A stretch of 64,000 nt of DNA from an uncultured virus (IMG/VR IMGVR_UViG_3300010001_000023) (IMGVR_UViG_3300010001_000023:62001-126000), one strand, 5' to 3'; positions 51,299 to 59,928 are shown, counted from the first letter of the stretch. The notes: generated from the letters alone by a model not told the origin. Program-made: numbers and translations.

Positions 51299-52475
51299 CA
51301 CTGTTGTTATCCTATAGGCTTTTTATCCTATAGTTCTATATATTTCTATATAGGTCAGCATACATTTTTATCTAAATTACATACTCAGTAGATAGGGAAC
51401 ACTCGTGGGGATGTTATAGATCTCGTAAAATGAGTTTCAATCCCTATGCGTTACGATACTTAAAGCTCTTTAATTCTCTAAGTTATCTCGGTATTACCTT
51501 CAACTAAATGGTCAGGCTTTCACCGATATTGCTCCCTACATTACACTACATTGACTGAGTTTACTGTAGTGTACGAGCTTTGTTTTAATATTAACTTTTG
51601 TTTTTTAATTTTTATAAATTTATTCGCTAAAATAAGTTTTCTGTCTAAATATGGGTATGAAATATCTGTGTATATCAATTCTAAAAATTTTAAAATTGAG
51701 CTATGATCTACAAATAATCTTTGTTTTTTAGAATTTTCTTGATAGTTTGAGCATTTTATCCCTTTTGATTCAAGGAACTCTTGTACCTTATCTAAAAATA
51801 CATTTGAGTAAGCTGTGAAATGACAAGCTCCATTCTTATCAATACAACCATCTCCATCAAAAAAACCTCTGATTATAGCAATGTTAATTTCATCACTATA
51901 GCAGAGGTCTGGAGACACTGTTTTATAAGTTTTATTTTGTAGAAGATTTTTGTTTTCAAGGTCTACTGCCATTTCTTTTGAGTAAAGCCTTATTTGACAA
52001 ATCTCAGTTCCACGAACAATTTGCCCTGTGGATTTGATTACACTGTCTTTTGAAATAAAAGTGGTTATTGGCACATCACCATCTAAAGAATGTTTAAATT
52101 TCTCTAGGTGTGCAATATCTTTTGCTGCTAGTTCTATAGATACTTCTGAAGTAGTAGGTGTGTTGATTATATACCCGTCAGCGTAAAGAAAACCAAACCA
52201 GTAGGCTACTTCTTTAGAGTTAATCTCTTTGAAGTATCTTCTATTAAAAGTATGGTGGTAATTCTCTCGGTACCATCCTTTGTTGTTTGCTCTGCCTTGA
52301 ATTTGTCTTTTCGTAAATTTTTCAAATCCATATTTTTCGTTAATTATTTTAGCTATTTCAGAGTGAGACATAGTGCCAACACTGTTTTTAATGAATAAAT
52401 CTTCTTCTTTACTAAAAATACTAGGTCTTGGCATATTCTCACTCCTTTATTTAATTTTTAAGTTAATATTTCAAA
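51299..52475 (-). mobile_element. Group I intron in terL (1177 nt) with a homing endonuclease in the P1 loop
   Basis: Removal restores Walker A SRGLG|KS in frame. Exon 1 ends in U and the intron ends in G. P1 (52460-52480 with 51574-51597, U.G at the splice site), P3 GGGAGCA/TGTTCCC and P7 GCATA/TATGC are visible. Confidence 0.92.
51541..52434 (-). CDS. Intron-encoded LAGLIDADG homing endonuclease
   Basis: Two motifs, AYWFGFLYADGYI and AIIRGFFDGDGCI; own RBS AAAGGAG. Confidence 0.92.
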   Translation of the reverse strand: MPRPSIFSKEEDLFIKNSVGTMSHSEIAKIINEKYGFEKFTKRQIQGRANNKGWYRENYHHTFNRRYFKEINSKEVAYWFGFLYADGYIINTPTTSEVSIELAAKDIAHLEKFKHSLDGDVPITTFISKDSVIKSTGQIVRGTEICQIRLYSKEMAVDLENKNLLQNKTYKTVSPDLCYSDEINIAIIRGFFDGDGCIDKNGACHFTAYSNVFLDKVQEFLESKGIKCSNYQENSKKQRLFVDHSSILKFLELIYTDISYPYLDRKLILANKFIKIKKQKLILKQSSYTTVNSVNVV

Positions 52476-52745
52476 ACCCAAACCTCTCGATCCCAAAAAC
52501 ATAAAATATTGATTATTAATCATTGCCCAAAGCAATACACACTGGAACGGTCTCAAATTAATACCCATGAAGTCTAATACAAATCTATGTGGATTAGCTC
52601 TGTAAAAAGCTATCCATTTCGCTATGTTTTCCATTGACTCCTGAGACTTTGTTTTTTCTTTTTTATGATTTCTTCTTATTTTAAATAAATCAATTTGATG
52701 ACTATAATTGTGCATATTAGTGTTTGAATTCTTATCAAAAGGCAT
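52476..52745 (-). CDS. terL: Terminase large subunit, exon 1
   Basis: FYRANPHRFVLDFMGINLRPFQ (Q motif)...FLGSRGLG. Confidence 0.9.
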
Positions 52746-53638
52746 TATTCATCACCTTCGATTCCCAATAAATCCTCTTTAGATATTCCGTATTGTTCCT
52801 GATAGTCTAAGTATTCTGATTCATTAGGATTTTCCATGTCTAAGGATTTTAACATTGGGTATAAAAAGTCTTCTCTAATCGCTTTACGAATTCCGTCTAC
52901 ATCAGCGAACATAGGTAAAGGCTCAGGGACAGGTTGTTCGTTTTCCCAAATTCTTACCCACATTCCAAACGACTGTTGTTCATTCGTTTTGTTAGCTTTT
53001 TCTTGTGATGGAGCGATACCAGCACTACGCATAACTTCAAGTTGTAACTTAGTTTCTTTAGTAGTATCTATACCAGCAGCACGTTTTTTCTTAATATCTA
53101 AATCTAACTGGCATATTTGAGCTATATTACTTTCCATTGTAGGTGAGTCAACATCATAAGTATTCAAGTATTTCTCATACATAGCCATTAAGAATAAATA
53201 ATCATCTTCAGTGTAATTTCCAACTCCCCAGAACAACTGACAATCTCGTAGCTCTTCTGGTGTTAAGCTTTCAATAGTATCCTCATTAATAGACATTACT
53301 TTTCCATTAAATAGATCTTCTGAATCAAGGAATTCTCCTGATACTTTTTTCATTCTATTTGTTATCGTAGTTAAATATAAACCACGATCAAAATTACATT
53401 CTTCAAAAATTTCTTGTATAAAAGGTCTATTTAAAACCATTAGTATTTTCAGAAAAGTTTTATGACCTGCTAATTCATCGTTGACTAATTTCTTACAACA
53501 ATCTTTGCAAACTGGATATAAGTTATCAGCAAACGCTGGGTCTGTTCCGTTGATTGAATAGTAATTTTGTGTGATAACTAAATTACGATTGCAACTAGAA
53601 CAAGCTTTTTTTTCTGATTTCTTTCTTGTTACAGCCAA
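52745..53638 (-). CDS. Putative terminase small subunit with N-terminal zinc finger
   Basis: CSSC...CKDC; stop overlaps the terL start. Confidence 0.6.
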   Translation of the reverse strand: MAVTRKKSEKKACSSCNRNLVITQNYYSINGTDPAFADNLYPVCKDCCKKLVNDELAGHKTFLKILMVLNRPFIQEIFEECNFDRGLYLTTITNRMKKVSGEFLDSEDLFNGKVMSINEDTIESLTPEELRDCQLFWGVGNYTEDDYLFLMAMYEKYLNTYDVDSPTMESNIAQICQLDLDIKKKRAAGIDTTKETKLQLEVMRSAGIAPSQEKANKTNEQQSFGMWVRIWENEQPVPEPLPMFADVDGIRKAIREDFLYPMLKSLDMENPNESEYLDYQEQYGISKEDLLGIEGDE

Positions 53639-53861
53639 TAATTCTCACTTCTTTTCTATTCAATTTTTGTTCGGTAGACAAATGTTTATCTAACCAACAA
53701 AAATCCATCCTCTGAATAGGATGGATTTAAGAAAGGGAGAGTTTTCTTTGGAAAAAGAATTCATGGGAATTGAGTGTTAAACACTCAAAACTATACTCAG
53801 TTAACTACCAAATATAGTTTTCAATGTTTAATTCTTTTGAGATAAAATTTACCTTTTATTG

Positions 53862-53890
53862 TTGACTTTTTATAATTTATCTAGTATTAT
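53862..53890 (+). promoter_or_regulatory. SigA-like promoter antisense to the late operon
   Basis: TTGACT-17 nt-TATTAT; shares 17 nt with the promoter at 60029-60057. Confidence 0.5.
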
Positions 53891-53954
53891 GATATATGTA
53901 GAAGTCTGAAACAAAATAAAGGTGACATAAAAAAAATGCCACCAAATAAAGATG

Positions 53955-55103
53955 CTAAATTTTTAAATAGGTTTCTATTAATGGAATAATTTGATCTAAT
54001 ACCTCTTGTTCAGTCATTCCTATACTTCCTTCTGACCAAAAAGTTAAAGCAGTACCTCTAAACTTATCAGTCTCTACAACTTCATAGGTATTATCATAAT
54101 GACAAACAGATTCAACTTTATATTTACTAACAATAAAATCTTGCTGCCATTCAATATCTCCCATTTCAAATTTTGATTGAGGAAGGAATACTAATGAGTA
54201 AAAATTACAATTGTACAAATTGTAACCTGCATCACCAATAGCTTGAGCAGTAAGTCCATAATCATTACCCTCAGAAGTGTAAGATTGTTTCCAATAAAGG
54301 ACACCAATATTTTTCTTTAAATTCGGTAGTCCAGATTTTAAACAATCATTCCACATCGTTACTTTATATCCTTGAGACTCTACAACATCAGAATAATGAT
54401 TCATAAAGTTAACAAATGAATCTTGACTGGATGAAGCTCCAGCAACTTCATCTCCACCTATGTTAAATCTTTGGTTAGGAATATCTGTTTGCCTAAACAT
54501 TTTTGCGACTTCTTCTATCATAGGTCTTAACGCTTCAACTACAGTACTGTAATCCCAATAATTTAAAACACTGTCGCTAAAATCACTTTTAACTGTGGTT
54601 GCTAAAGTAGGATCTTTAAGAGTTAATAAATCTAACCAACCTTTAGAATGTGCAGGCATATCGAAATCAGGAATGATCATTACTTTATTAGCACTGCAAT
54701 ATCTAACTAATTCAGACACTTCATCTTTAGTTAAATATTTACCATTATTTAAAGTGGCATCATTTTGTCCTAAGAAATCTGAAGCAATAGTAAAACCATC
54801 ATTATCAGAGAAATGAAGCTGTAAATACTCACCACCATATGCAGCGATAGTATCAACCACAATCTTAATTGCCGACAAGGAATAATATCTTCTTGCTACA
54901 TCTAAAATGACTCCACGTTCTTCTTTAGTTTTAAAAGCAGGGGATTTAACATTATTTACTCCATTGTTAATAGTAAATAAACCTTCTTCATAGTTCTTAT
55001 AAGGTGTTAATCCTTCTAATTTAATCTGTGTTTTACCATTGGTATTTTTTGCAATTCTTTTAATCTCTGTACCTTGCGAACTAAGTATATATTCTTCAGT
55101 CAC
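53955..55103 (-). CDS. GH20 beta-N-acetylhexosaminidase (dispersin-B-like) with an N-terminal partial Fn3/Ig-like segment
   Basis: RGVILDVARRYY, YLQLHFSDNDGF, IIPDFDMPAHS, catalytic FNIGGDE, MWND, VLYW, FWSE. Confidence 0.88.
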   Translation of the reverse strand: MTEEYILSSQGTEIKRIAKNTNGKTQIKLEGLTPYKNYEEGLFTINNGVNNVKSPAFKTKEERGVILDVARRYYSLSAIKIVVDTIAAYGGEYLQLHFSDNDGFTIASDFLGQNDATLNNGKYLTKDEVSELVRYCSANKVMIIPDFDMPAHSKGWLDLLTLKDPTLATTVKSDFSDSVLNYWDYSTVVEALRPMIEEVAKMFRQTDIPNQRFNIGGDEVAGASSSQDSFVNFMNHYSDVVESQGYKVTMWNDCLKSGLPNLKKNIGVLYWKQSYTSEGNDYGLTAQAIGDAGYNLYNCNFYSLVFLPQSKFEMGDIEWQQDFIVSKYKVESVCHYDNTYEVVETDKFRGTALTFWSEGSIGMTEQEVLDQIIPLIETYLKI

Positions 55104-55189
55104 ATTTTCACCAACTTAATTTTTGTTTATACGTTTACACAAGAATTGAACTTGTTTTTCAGTGACCACACTAAACGTTAATAAAAAAG

Positions 55190-55740
55190 CACACTATAAC
55201 CTTAAACTTTGTGTGCCATAGCTCAGAAGCTATCGCAAGTTTTTACTTAACACTCGAAGCAACTCGATGGTATGTTAAGAAGGATCATCAACTCGTCAGT
55301 CAATGATATGTGCTACCACGTATTCTGTACACTAATACTGTAGCTCTACAGGACTTACATCATCAAAGTATGTTAGTAATCCCCACAGCTTTTTACTTCT
55401 ACACAAAGTGTAGCCTTCTCTTAAAGAATAAGGAAGGGTTTAATGCGAGCGATTGTCACAAAAACAACAATATAATTATAGGTAGCGAACCTATTGGAAT
55501 CGACTTCTTCCATTCAAGTCTATGACTAAATAGACAACAAAAGTTCCGTCTAGTTTTTCCTCTAAATAACACTCTTCAACCCTTGCAATAGGAATTACGA
55601 AAGAGTATCGGGAGAGTCCACTAGCCTTCACATATACAGTCATTTTTGATAAAGGGATACGCTGTCAAATCCCAACTCAAATTAATTAATGTCATGACTC
55701 ATTAACTAACTCTACAATTAGTTTAATCTAATTATTTCAC
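55190..55740 (-). ncRNA. Candidate large structured non-coding RNA(s)
   Basis: About 550 nt with no credible ORF, many short hairpins, directly downstream of tRNA-Pro. Confidence 0.5.
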
Positions 55741-55745
55741 TGAAG

Positions 55746-55818
55746 TCAGAATACTAGGATTTGAACCTAGACTACTACATCCCAAATGTAGCGTGTTACC
55801 AAATTACACTATATTCTG
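55746..55818 (-). tRNA. tRNA-Pro(UGG)
   Basis: Acceptor CAGAATA/TATTCTG, anticodon arm CTACA-TTTGGGA-TGTAG, T arm CTAGG-TTCAAAT-CCTAG; CCA not encoded. Confidence 0.92.
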
Positions 55819-55906
55819 TTAATAAAAGCCTACTTGACTAGAGCAGGCACATGGTTAACTAGACCTTTGGGATAGGAACAAAAGCAACTAGTAATCTTTT
55901 TGGCAA

Positions 55907-55979
55907 TGTGAGATAGCAGAATCGAACTGCTGTAATCCGAACCACAATCGGATGTATTAACCACTATACTAATCTCACC
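55907..55979 (-). tRNA. tRNA-His(GUG)
   Basis: G-1, acceptor GTGAGAT/ATCTCAC, anticodon arm TCCGA-TTGTGGT-TCGGA, T arm AGCAG-TTCGATT-CTGCT. Confidence 0.92.
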
Positions 55980-55989
55980 ATAATAAAAG

Positions 55990-56432
55990 CAAACAGGGTG
56001 GTCGAGAGCTATCCGTTACAAGGTGGTCATCCAGTGAAGCCAACTTCTTTATAATCACCCTATACACTTGACGAGAGTGTTCTGTTTCGGGGTAATAACC
56101 ACAGTAACCTGTTTACATTCATTAAGCTATATTTAGTGTGGCTGCTTTGCCACCATTACGCTACTTTTTCTTTCGGTTAATAACCTGTCTACCTTGAGGA
56201 CAAAGCATAAAACCCTTTCAAAACCTCCATTAACACTCATAGTAGACGAGCCTTAACTTCATCGGTTAACTTGAACTCATTGAACAAGTTTAAAACTTTT
56301 CGATTTTGGTGAGAATCGAGAACTCGCATTAGATAAAAGCATGATTTTAATAAGCACGAATAGGAAGGGTATCACCTATCGGGATCAACAGTCAGATATA
56401 ATGCTTCTGCCGAGCTACACCCAGTGCTTCTT
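55990..56432 (-). ncRNA. Candidate structured non-coding RNA(s) upstream of tRNA-His
   Basis: No ORF; closed multi-stem domains AAACAGG...CCTGTTT (55991-56114) and AAGCAC...GTGCTT (56352-56429). Confidence 0.5.
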
Positions 56433-56455
56433 GAGTGTAATATTATGTATTTAAT

Positions 56456-57661
56456 TTAATTTAATTTAATAGTTTTAACAGTATGGACTACACCGAATTT
56501 AGTCTTCTCTAAAGTAACTAATTTTTGAGCAGCACCGATACCAAATCTTCCACTAATTGAATACTTATCTCCACCAATTAAAGATGGGTTAACAATAACA
56601 GTAGAAGTTCCATGAGACTTAGAGTAATCATGATGTGTGTGACCTAAGAACACCCAATTTGGAACATATCCAAGCATCTGAGCTAACTTATCACTAGCAC
56701 TTGCTTGACGATCATTGTCTCCATGCCCAAAGATAGCTTTATCACCAAGTATATTTAATTCAACTAATCCATCTTCGTCTTCAAGATAAGTTATATTCTC
56801 AAAATTAGATAACCTTGCTTGTGCATACCAAAGAATCATTTTCTCAAAGTTATCTTCTTGAGTAGCTGCATCTTTTTGTGGACTTGTTCTTCCATGATTT
56901 CCCACTATATTAAGGTATGTAACGTTTGGTGTGATACTAGCAACATTTGCAATAAATTCGGCAATCAATTCAGAAGCTATCATAACTTGTTTAATTGTAT
57001 CTTCTTCTGCTTGAACTCTACTTGAAACATGAATTAAACCAGCAATAAAATCTCCCATTCCAGCTAAAATAACTTTTTGGTGTTTATTTTGTGTGATTTC
57101 TTTTAGCGTTTCTTTTAGATAATAATGAACACGTTCTTTGATAACTTCTGTGTTAACGGAGTTTCGTGAACTATTAACTACTGTTCCTAAATGCCAATCT
57201 GACATTAGTACAATTAATTCTTTTTCATCATTTAACTCATTTGGTTCAACAATAAAGTTAGGATTAAATTCTAACGCATGAACTACTTCAAAAATCTCGC
57301 TTTTAATATGTTCAAATCTACCAGAATAATCTAATAATTTTCTATATTCTCTTCGTTGATCTTGGAGCATCTTAGTTAAAGCACGATTCTTTTCGTTAAA
57401 CTTTAATTGCTCACGAGCCATTTCTTCAGCAAAATCCTCTGGTAAGTTAGCTTGTCTTTTCTCTTCAACTAATTCTTCCCAAACATTTTTATATGCCTGA
57501 TATTCTTTTCTGAACTTAGATTCATCATAATTAGTTCCATGTTCAGCATTGAGTAAATCAGCAATGGCTTGATTAGATAAACCAAGCTCATTACGATTTT
57601 CATATAGTCGATATTGATACTCAGATAGCTTCTCATCAGGCTTCCGAGTAATCGTACTCAT
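56456..57661 (-). CDS. Calcineurin-like metallophosphoesterase with N-terminal coiled coil
   Basis: SDWHLG, GDFIAG, GNHGR, HGD and GHTHH motifs. Confidence 0.85.
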   Translation of the reverse strand: MSTITRKPDEKLSEYQYRLYENRNELGLSNQAIADLLNAEHGTNYDESKFRKEYQAYKNVWEELVEEKRQANLPEDFAEEMAREQLKFNEKNRALTKMLQDQRREYRKLLDYSGRFEHIKSEIFEVVHALEFNPNFIVEPNELNDEKELIVLMSDWHLGTVVNSSRNSVNTEVIKERVHYYLKETLKEITQNKHQKVILAGMGDFIAGLIHVSSRVQAEEDTIKQVMIASELIAEFIANVASITPNVTYLNIVGNHGRTSPQKDAATQEDNFEKMILWYAQARLSNFENITYLEDEDGLVELNILGDKAIFGHGDNDRQASASDKLAQMLGYVPNWVFLGHTHHDYSKSHGTSTVIVNPSLIGGDKYSISGRFGIGAAQKLVTLEKTKFGVVHTVKTIKLN

Positions 57662-57864
57662 TACTCAGTACCTAACTCGTCTTGAAAGAATTTTTCAGTT
57701 TCTTCTTTGATTGTGAGTGATACAATTTTATCATCGAAGCTATGAATCATATCTGAAAAAACATGATTTCCAACTTCTTCGCCTTTTGCATTATATTCTG
57801 TTACAGTGTTATTTTCTAAATCAATACTACATTTAAGTGATAGTGTGTTTACTGATTTTGCCAT
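57661..57864 (-). CDS. Small hypothetical protein (SPbeta YonK-like)
   Basis: 67 aa, between the HU-like and phosphoesterase genes, strong RBS. Confidence 0.6.
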   Translation of the reverse strand: MAKSVNTLSLKCSIDLENNTVTEYNAKGEEVGNHVFSDMIHSFDDKIVSLTIKEETEKFFQDELGTE

Positions 57865-57903
57865 GTTATCTTTCTCCTTGTGTTCTCCCGTTTTATATAA
57901 TTT

Positions 57904-58227
57904 TTATTTTGAAGTTTTTTCTTTTAATGTTTCTTTGAGTTTTGAAGCTAATTTGAATCGTACTGTTTTATGTGCTGGAGTAGACCATTCTTTACCGTTC
58001 AATGCTGACACACCTTGACGTGCATTAACTTCATCAGCTTTAACTGTAACGAAATCTAAACCAAAAGCATCGTATTCACCTGAAGCAAATCCATCTACTA
58101 AACCTTCGATTGTACGAGTATAAGCATCAAAGACTTCTTTAGTTTCTTTCTTTGTGAAATCAAATCCAACGCTATTTAATTGTAATTGTAAATCATTCAA
58201 AATTTCTTGTTTTGCTAATTTTGCCAT
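57904..58227 (-). CDS. HU/IHF-like DNA-binding protein
   Basis: ARQGVSALNGKEWSTPAHKTVRFKLASKLKE arm motif. Confidence 0.85.
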   Translation of the reverse strand: MAKLAKQEILNDLQLQLNSVGFDFTKKETKEVFDAYTRTIEGLVDGFASGEYDAFGLDFVTVKADEVNARQGVSALNGKEWSTPAHKTVRFKLASKLKETLKEKTSK

Positions 58228-58485
58228 GTTATTTTTTCTCCTTTTAGTCCGTTAAAACTATTCCTTTTGTATTTGATTGGTTGTATATGTATGTTCTCTA
58301 TAAGATCTATAGAGATGTGAGGAATCTCTCTACCAATCAAGGGGAGTCCTCACAAAACTTATTAAGTTATTATGTATAATTTATCTTTAGAAGGCTAGTA
58401 AAATAGGGAATCAACAAAGATTGTATTTATTACCCTCTATATATATTACATTTTTAGAAGCAAAAAGTAGCTTAAAAGTGCGGAT

Positions 58486-59928
58486 TTAACTATTTTCACA
58501 TTTTCTACACTGACTTCTTAATCCTAATTTCCCTGTAATATCATTTCTAAAATACCTAGAATCTACCGCTAATTTAGTTTCTCCACACTTGCTACAAGTT
58601 TTATATTGTCCTTTTCTACGTTCAATCCAAATCCAATTTTCCAATTGTTTTTCATATGTATTAAAAATCTTAGTAGGGATATTATTATTTAACCATTTTG
58701 AAAGAGTCATTTTACTAATCTTGAAATCCAATTCTCTCAACAACTCTTCCTGAATCTGTTTATGTTCAGTGATCCCTGTATCCATTATGTAGTCAATAAT
58801 TAATTTTTCTTCTTTATTCCACTCAGTGTTATCAAGTAAATTCTTAAAGTCTTCTAATACTGCCCAGAAACTCGTGTTTGGTTTTTCCTTATACTTCTTC
58901 TCAGATTCATAATATCCTTCTAATAGAGCTTTATATGTTTCAATATTCCTGTAACTCAGATGATTCCAGCTATCATGTGAAATGGTTTCTTCAATATCGA
59001 CTACTGGTGTGGCACTTAGTGACCTACTCATATTCTCATCTGCTGTATGCATTTCACCTTTTAACCACGAAATTTGTTTAGCTCTTTCTGGAGTAAAAGG
59101 TTTTGTTTCTAATAAATTGATCTCATCTTGAAATTGTCTCAAAACAATTGCTTTGAGTTTTGAATGTGGTTCATGTGAAACTTTAAAATCTCCATTTAGA
59201 AAACCTTCTAATACTTTTAAATCTGTTGGTTTAAATTTAGTATTGCTATATTGCACTAAATTTTTTTTATCTACAATACCATTATTTTCTTCAATGATTC
59301 TTTCTAAGCTAGTTACTTCAAAGTTATCAGGTGAATTTTTCATTCTTACAGCATATGATTTAGGGATTTCCTTCAATTCAGTTAATCGTTGTTCTTGATA
59401 CTCTTTTCGTTTGTTCTTTTTAATCTTCTCTAATCGTAGTCTTTCTTTTTTTAATTCTTCGTGTTCATCTTCTTGTTCCTTATTATCAAAGCGTGCATAG
59501 CAGATGAAATCTGCAATAGTTTCTAATGTCTTAGTAAACCCGTTTTCACCTGATAATGGAATACCCTTTGTTTTCACTTGTTGATTCATAAATTTATTTG
59601 AGCTTACTGTACGAACCGCTGCGTCATCATTAAAAGTTTTTGAAATAGCATCACAACGATCCTTACCATACTTTACCCCATAATCACATGCTTCTCTGAA
59701 TCTTTGCCAAATATCATAAGTGTCTTCAGATGAACCTTCGTGTTTAATTAAATGCGTATGTACTGAATCAAATCTCAAGAATATCCATAAATTATCTTCG
59801 TGTCTCTTAATTTTATTTTCCGTTCCTACAATATCCTTAATTTCACCTAACTGCATTGCCTTTAATGTATCTAAAGAGTAGCCTAAAGCTTTCTCGTATT
59901 TCGGTAATTCTTCCAGTGTAATCATCAT
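58486..59928 (-). CDS. Hypothetical protein with C-terminal HTH-like region and zinc ribbon
   Basis: 480 aa; CSKC...CRKC C-terminus; first gene of the leftward unit. Confidence 0.65.
   Translation of the reverse strand: MMITLEELPKYEKALGYSLDTLKAMQLGEIKDIVGTENKIKRHEDNLWIFLRFDSVHTHLIKHEGSSEDTYDIWQRFREACDYGVKYGKDRCDAISKTFNDDAAVRTVSSNKFMNQQVKTKGIPLSGENGFTKTLETIADFICYARFDNKEQEDEHEELKKERLRLEKIKKNKRKEYQEQRLTELKEIPKSYAVRMKNSPDNFEVTSLERIIEENNGIVDKKNLVQYSNTKFKPTDLKVLEGFLNGDFKVSHEPHSKLKAIVLRQFQDEINLLETKPFTPERAKQISWLKGEMHTADENMSRSLSATPVVDIEETISHDSWNHLSYRNIETYKALLEGYYESEKKYKEKPNTSFWAVLEDFKNLLDNTEWNKEEKLIIDYIMDTGITEHKQIQEELLRELDFKISKMTLSKWLNNNIPTKIFNTYEKQLENWIWIERRKGQYKTCSKCGETKLAVDSRYFRNDITGKLGLRSQCRKCENS

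Noticed and set aside
49763..52745. terL as a broken pseudogene or two separate genes
   Set aside because: The intervening sequence has a group I core, and its precise removal restores Walker A in frame
55285..55305. CTGACGAG resembling a hammerhead ribozyme core
   Set aside because: No correctly placed GAAA and stems
55310..55525. 71-aa + strand ORF in the ncRNA block
   Set aside because: No RBS, atypical composition, antisense to the tRNA transcript
55655..55680. GGATTTGACAG resembling the tmRNA 5' motif
   Set aside because: No matching acceptor stem, T arm with CCA or tag reading frame could be found
55746..55979. Phage tRNA acting as UGA suppressor for the tail read-through
   Set aside because: The anticodons are UGG and GUG; no UCA tRNA in the window
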